This document shows, piece by piece, positions 32,771 through 36,280 of a stretch of DNA of 36,280 nt (the first letter of the stretch is position 1; every line of letters starts with the position of its first letter). The translations under genes and the position numbers were made by a program. This stretch comes from a bacterium. GTDB lineage: Bacteria; Patescibacteriota; Minisyncoccia; RBG-13-40-8-A. Below the pieces are notes generated by a model that did not search any database, was not told where the DNA came from, and saw nothing but the letters and a program-made list of their open reading frames with translations. The stretch lies in contig JAUYCU010000018.1 of the NCBI GenBank assembly GCA_030692145.1, forward strand, positions 1 to 36,280, written 5' to 3'.

Positions 32771-34126
32771 CTATGTTTTGAGACGAATGTCAGCATGAAC
32801 AGCTTCATGCTTTTTATTGTATTCTTCAACAAACTGTGAAGCTTCATGCATTAGGCTCAAGAATCTCGCCTGATTCATGTCTTTTACGAACGCCCGGTCC
32901 ATTGATTGGTTGGCGGCCCAACTCCAGTCGGTGGTATTTTCGTCTAGTAAACCGCATTCCACAACTTCCTTGTACATGGGCGTTCCAGGTAACGGAGAGA
33001 ACCGCGCTAAAGTCACAAAAGGAGGTTCTATTTCCCGAATCAAGGCTAGGGTCTCTTGGATGCTCTCCTCTGTCTCAACGGGTACGCCGAGCATAAAGTA
33101 GGCTGACCAGACAATACCGTTACGATGCAGCATTTCGGCCGACTCGCGGATTTGAGTTAGCGTGATGTTCTTATTCATATAGTGTAGGATTCTTGGACTA
33201 CCCGATTCTATTCCGATACGGATCCGATCACATCCCGCTGCTTTCATCAATTCAAGCAATGCGTCATTGAAATGACCCACGCGCGTAAGACATTCCCACT
33301 TTACCCGAAGCTGTCTTTCGATTAATAGCTGGCAAATGCCTGCAACTCGCCTTTGATTCAATGTGAAGGTGCCGTTGCGAAAAGAGAAATATTCCGTTCC
33401 GTAGCGATCTTTGCGAAGGACGATTTCCTGTATAACTCGACTGACCGAATGATACCTAACCCTACATCCCCAAACTACGGAAAGAGCGCAGAATCCGCAA
33501 TTAAACGGACAACCTCTTGCTGAAATCAGTAAACCCATGTCAGTGGGACGATAGGAGTCGGCGTGCAAGCAATCTAGTGCTGGCAACGGTATAGTGTCCA
33601 ACGCCTCGATTAGTTGGCTTTTAATAACCGCTGGTGCCTGTTTTCCTTCGCTAATCTGTTGTACTAGGGTAGAAATGCTCTGTTCGCCCTCGCCGCAAAC
33701 CACATAGTCAACATTTTTGCCTAAAGCATCCTGAGGTCTGACGGTAACATGTTCTCCGCCAGCGACGACAATAATGTCACTACGATGTTGTTTGGTGAGT
33801 TGTGCTAGCTTGAGCGCAGAACCAACCTTAGGTGTCAGAAAGGAGATACCAACGATGTCCGGCATAAACTTCTCTAGAATATTAAGATATTCCTGCCAGA
33901 TGTAGTGAGCGTTATTCTGCAAAGCTTCAAGATAGTGACGATGAGAAAACGCAGTTGCCTTCATGGAAAGACTGTAACATTTTGGGTCGTGTTCTGCGTC
34001 GTAGATCAGAACCTCATGTCCCGCCTGCCTGAGAACGGCTGCCAGATAGGTCAGTCCCAGAGGAAAATAGAATCGATAATATCCCATAAACCTCTGGAAC
34101 GGCGGATCAATTAGAAGGATTTTCAT
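32771..34126 (-). CDS. B12-binding-domain radical SAM enzyme
   Basis: 451 aa. N-terminal cobalamin-binding-like Rossmann part (MKILLIDPP...DIVGISFLTP...IIVVAGGEHVT), then the CxxxCxxC cluster motif ARGCPFNCGFCA and the rSAM core (RIRIGIESGS). Confidence 0.85.
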   Translation of the reverse strand: MKILLIDPPFQRFMGYYRFYFPLGLTYLAAVLRQAGHEVLIYDAEHDPKCYSLSMKATAFSHRHYLEALQNNAHYIWQEYLNILEKFMPDIVGISFLTPKVGSALKLAQLTKQHRSDIIVVAGGEHVTVRPQDALGKNVDYVVCGEGEQSISTLVQQISEGKQAPAVIKSQLIEALDTIPLPALDCLHADSYRPTDMGLLISARGCPFNCGFCALSVVWGCRVRYHSVSRVIQEIVLRKDRYGTEYFSFRNGTFTLNQRRVAGICQLLIERQLRVKWECLTRVGHFNDALLELMKAAGCDRIRIGIESGSPRILHYMNKNITLTQIRESAEMLHRNGIVWSAYFMLGVPVETEESIQETLALIREIEPPFVTLARFSPLPGTPMYKEVVECGLLDENTTDWSWAANQSMDRAFVKDMNQARFLSLMHEASQFVEEYNKKHEAVHADIRLKT

Positions 34127-34130
34127 GATT

Positions 34131-34241
34131 CTATTTACCTCCTGTAGTCAATTTGTATAGTAATCCCATACTACTATAGGTGAACCCGGCCGAGGTTATT
34201 TTAAACAAACCCGGCCCATCAATCATGCAGATGTTGCTCAT
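34131..34241 (-). CDS. Unannotated 36-codon ORF upstream of, and coupled to, the radical SAM gene (candidate precursor peptide)
   Basis: MSNICMIDGPGLFKITSAGFTYSSMGLLYKLTTGGK. GAAGGAG (34254-34248) sits 6 nt upstream of the ATG, which is the first start after an in-frame stop. The TAG lies 4 nt before the rSAM ATG, and the rSAM GGAGG lies within the last codons. Confidence 0.45.
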   Translation of the reverse strand: MSNICMIDGPGLFKITSAGFTYSSMGLLYKLTTGGK

Positions 34242-34309
34242 TTTTGACTCCTTCTCTAGGGTTTTTCTCGTTTTAAAAGATCAAATTTAACATACTATCC
34301 TAACAATAT

Positions 34310-34338
34310 ACCTTACAACTTAATAAAGATAAAGTCAA
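34310..34338 (-). promoter_or_regulatory. Possible promoter of the peptide/rSAM unit (TTGACT, 17-nt spacer, TAAGGT)
   Basis: Reverse strand TTGACT (34338-34333) and TAAGGT (34315-34310). A TGTGT..ACACA inverted repeat lies just upstream at 34357-34370. Confidence 0.3.
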
Positions 34339-34413
34339 GTGCAGTATTTTTATGTATGTGTTTATACACAAACCGTGGACAAATAAAAACAGCTAAAATA
34401 GCTAACAGGGTTT

Positions 34414-34449
34414 CTGTCAGCTCTTTTTTAATCGGGCTGCCCGGACTTG
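34414..34449. repeat. 36-nt direct repeat, copy overlapping the 3' end of tRNA-Pro(CGG) (attL-like)
   Basis: Identical to 31812-31847. Positions 34432-34449 are the last 18 nt of the tRNA. Confidence 0.85.
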
Positions 34450-34502
34450 AACCGGGGCTAAATCCTCCCGAAGGACTCGTGCTACCACTACACTACAGCC
34501 CG
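34432..34502 (-). tRNA. tRNA-Pro (anticodon CGG)
   Basis: Reverse strand CGGGCTG-TA-GTGT-AGTGGTA-GCAC-G-AGTCC-TTCGGGA-GGATT-TAGC-CCCGG-TTCAAGT-CCGGG-CAGCCCG-A, 71 nt. C1:G72 pair, no encoded CCA. Confidence 0.9.
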
Positions 34503-34506
34503 TTAA

Positions 34507-35010
34507 TCAGTTTTTAATACAAACCAATGTGTTTTTATCACAATTCTTTAAAATTTCCAGCAAATCCTTTTTATTGAACGCAACACAACCCGCGGTTGGA
34601 GAATAATTCTTTCTCGCTATATGCATGAATATCGCACTGCCCTTTCCCGAAATAACTGGATTATCATTATATCCCAACACGACAACAATATCATAAATTT
34701 CGTCATCGCGCCACAGTTTTTCATGGCTCGCGCCATACGGCAATTTTATTTGCTGGTTGTAATTTTTGTCATTGACATCATCACACCATGCGTCATTTTC
34801 CTGAATTTCTTCAACCAATAAATCTGTTTGCGGTTTTTCAATTTTGTCTTTACGATAAAGAACTTTTCTCATTTCAAAACACCCTGCTGGCGTTTTTCCA
34901 TCTCCTTCTTTTTTATTATTCGTAATTCCGTTTTTCCCGATTGCGCATTGAAATTCCTTTCCTCGAAAAACCGCCTTTCCGGAAGAATAAATATCAATCG
35001 CGTTTTTCAT
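34507..35010 (-). CDS. L,D-transpeptidase catalytic-domain protein (YkuD-like, COG3786 type)
   Basis: 167 aa. KKEGDGKTPAGCF and the active-site region GSAIFMHIARKNYSPTAGCVAF (H...GC). Confidence 0.75.
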   Translation of the reverse strand: MKNAIDIYSSGKAVFRGKEFQCAIGKNGITNNKKEGDGKTPAGCFEMRKVLYRKDKIEKPQTDLLVEEIQENDAWCDDVNDKNYNQQIKLPYGASHEKLWRDDEIYDIVVVLGYNDNPVISGKGSAIFMHIARKNYSPTAGCVAFNKKDLLEILKNCDKNTLVCIKN

Positions 35011-35031
35011 TTTTCATTTTTAGTTTTTAAT

Positions 35032-36280
35032 TTACTTTATCCAATGCTTTTCGCGGATTTTTAAATCTTCTTCTTCTTTTTTTTCTTCGATTTTCCCTTT
35101 GGCTAGTTCGCGCAGGTTTTCCAAATCTTCTTTATCCAGTTCCTTAACCCGTTTTTCCAGTTTTTTCTTATCGTTCTTTTTCGGTTCTTCGATAATTTCC
35201 GATAGCAACACGTCCAAAATAGCGCCGACTTTCGGACCTGGTTCGATTTTTAAAAGTTTCATGATTTCTGTGCCGTTGATTTTCAGCATTTTTGCCGAAA
35301 TCGGATCTTTGGAAACTTTTTCAATCATATATTCGATAGTACGCAATCTGTACGGCTTTTCTTTTGGCCTGCCCATACCCAACCTGTCGGCAACTCTCAA
35401 ATTAATCAAATCGGGAATATTTTCCTTGCCTACCCTGGCAATCAATCTTCTTGCGCCTGCTTCGGTCAACCTTTCCGGGTCGGATACAAACATATGGTTT
35501 CTCACCAATAAAACCACTTTGTCGATAAATTTATTGGGAAATTTCAGTCTTTGCAAAATCCGCGCGGTAAATTTCGCGCCCACGTAATCGTGATTGTAAA
35601 AAGTGGAATCAGGGCCTTCGCCTTGTTTGGTTTCCGGCTTTCCGATGTCGTGAAATAATGCGGCAAACCTGATTTCCAAAGCGAAATCTTTTTCCGCAGT
35701 AACTTTCAGAGAACGCAGGGAATGCTCGTAAATATCGTAAATGTGATGCTTGTTCTGGCTCACTCCAACTCCTTTTTCCAATTCCGGCAAAATATATTTC
35801 AATAAATTGGTTTTTTGCAGTAAATCAATGCCTTCGGCTGCTTGCGTGGATTCGATAATTTTAATCATTTCGTCTCTGATTCTTTCTTTGGAAATCGCCT
35901 GAATCCATCCCGCGTTTTTTTGAATTGCCTTAAATGTTTTTGCCTCAATTTCCCAGCCCAAGGCTGGTCCGCCTTGGGCGGAAAGAGTAGTAGCAAAACG
36001 CGCTGCTCTTAGCATTCTTAAAGCGTCTTCATCAAATCTTTCTTCGGCTTTGCCCACGGTTTTGATAATTTTATTTTTTAAATCTCTCTGGCCGTCGAAT
36101 GGGTCGATAATTTTCGCAATCCCTTCGACTTCGCTCAGGGCAAGGGCATTCACCGTAAAGTCTCTGCGCGCCAAATCTTCCTCGATATTTTTCGCGTATT
36201 TGATTTCGTCGGGATGGCGTTTGTCGGAATATTTTCCGTCTTTACGATAAGTGGTAATTTCGATTTCTTTCAAAGTTTCG
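35032..36280 (-). CDS. cca: CCA-adding tRNA nucleotidyltransferase / poly(A) polymerase family with HD domain; N-terminus outside the window
   Basis: The frame is open to the right edge, and the track start is only an in-frame TTG. EITTYRKDGKYSDKRHPDEIKY, RDFTVNALA and HD motif ALFHDIGKP. Confidence 0.85.
   Translation of the reverse strand, partial: ETLKEIEITTYRKDGKYSDKRHPDEIKYAKNIEEDLARRDFTVNALALSEVEGIAKIIDPFDGQRDLKNKIIKTVGKAEERFDEDALRMLRAARFATTLSAQGGPALGWEIEAKTFKAIQKNAGWIQAISKERIRDEMIKIIESTQAAEGIDLLQKTNLLKYILPELEKGVGVSQNKHHIYDIYEHSLRSLKVTAEKDFALEIRFAALFHDIGKPETKQGEGPDSTFYNHDYVGAKFTARILQRLKFPNKFIDKVVLLVRNHMFVSDPERLTEAGARRLIARVGKENIPDLINLRVADRLGMGRPKEKPYRLRTIEYMIEKVSKDPISAKMLKINGTEIMKLLKIEPGPKVGAILDVLLSEIIEEPKKNDKKKLEKRVKELDKEDLENLRELAKGKIEEKKEEEDLKIREKHWIK
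35953..35983. repeat. GC-rich twin-hairpin element, in-frame copy inside cca
   Basis: ccagcccaaggctggtccgccttgggcggaa matches 25/31 nt with 810-840. It encodes SAQGGPALGWE. Confidence 0.6.

Larger units (their letters stand above)
31812..34449. mobile_element. Putative integrated cassette/islet at tRNA-Pro(CGG), no integrase present
   Basis: A perfect 36-nt direct repeat, including the last 18 nt of the tRNA, brackets 2,566 bp. That segment carries the peptide/rSAM unit and an RmlD-like gene. Confidence 0.45.

Noticed and set aside
31848-34413. Search for an integrase, transposase or excisionase inside the repeat-bracketed segment and in the whole window
   Set aside because: None was found in any frame at the 60-aa cutoff or by eye. 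The mobile-element call is therefore kept at low confidence.
34127-34413. Cobalamin riboswitch upstream of the B12-dependent radical SAM gene
   Set aside because: I see no B12-box-like conserved core in the leader. The region is better explained by a promoter plus the SD-led small ORF.
35099-35587. 162-aa plus-strand ORF opposite cca
   Set aside because: It is an antisense shadow of the HD-domain region of the CCA-adding enzyme, and its translation is Ser/Phe-rich and low-complexity.

Overview
AT-rich 36.3-kb fragment read with the standard genetic code. The gene content suggests a Candidate Phyla Radiation / Patescibacteria-type bacterium (inference). Supporting signs are a secretin-less type IV pilus locus, a Cys-rich T4SS-pilin-like surface protein, tRNAs packed inside operons, and GC-rich palindromes scattered through AT-rich DNA. 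Most genes lie on the minus strand.

Layout, left to right:
- Partial DUF4015-like hydrolase, tRNA-Arg, and a pilin-like/peptidase fusion.
- Pilus block: pilO/N/M, three prepilin or PilX-type minor pilins, pilC and pilB.
- Two paralogous CheY-like receivers and a histidine kinase.
- tRNA-Pro(UGG), RNase J, tRNA-Gly, RNase Y, gpmI, clpP, an N-terminally short trigger factor, a Nudix-like gene and nusA.
- A 930-aa PKD-domain surface protein and a poly-Pro lipoprotein.
- yraN, a sugar nucleotidyltransferase and a DUF167 gene.
- A mosaic accessory stretch at about 28.9-34.5 kb: a self-contained high-GC gene cassette, a mini UDG-like gene, tRNA-Ala, a truncated FtsX-type permease and a SET-domain gene.
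- A 2.6-kb segment bracketed by a perfect 36-nt direct repeat that includes the 3' end of tRNA-Pro(CGG).
- An L,D-transpeptidase and a partial CCA-adding enzyme.

The best lead sits inside the repeat-bracketed segment. An unannotated 36-codon ORF with a strong Shine-Dalgarno is translationally coupled to a B12-binding radical SAM enzyme, and the pair has its own promoter and terminator. This looks like a candidate peptide-modification (RiPP-like) cassette.

A second theme is a set of short GC-rich hairpin elements found both between genes and in frame inside conserved genes (yraN, cca, nusA tail, PilX-like leader).

I saw no rRNA, CRISPR array, transposase, integrase or reverse transcriptase.
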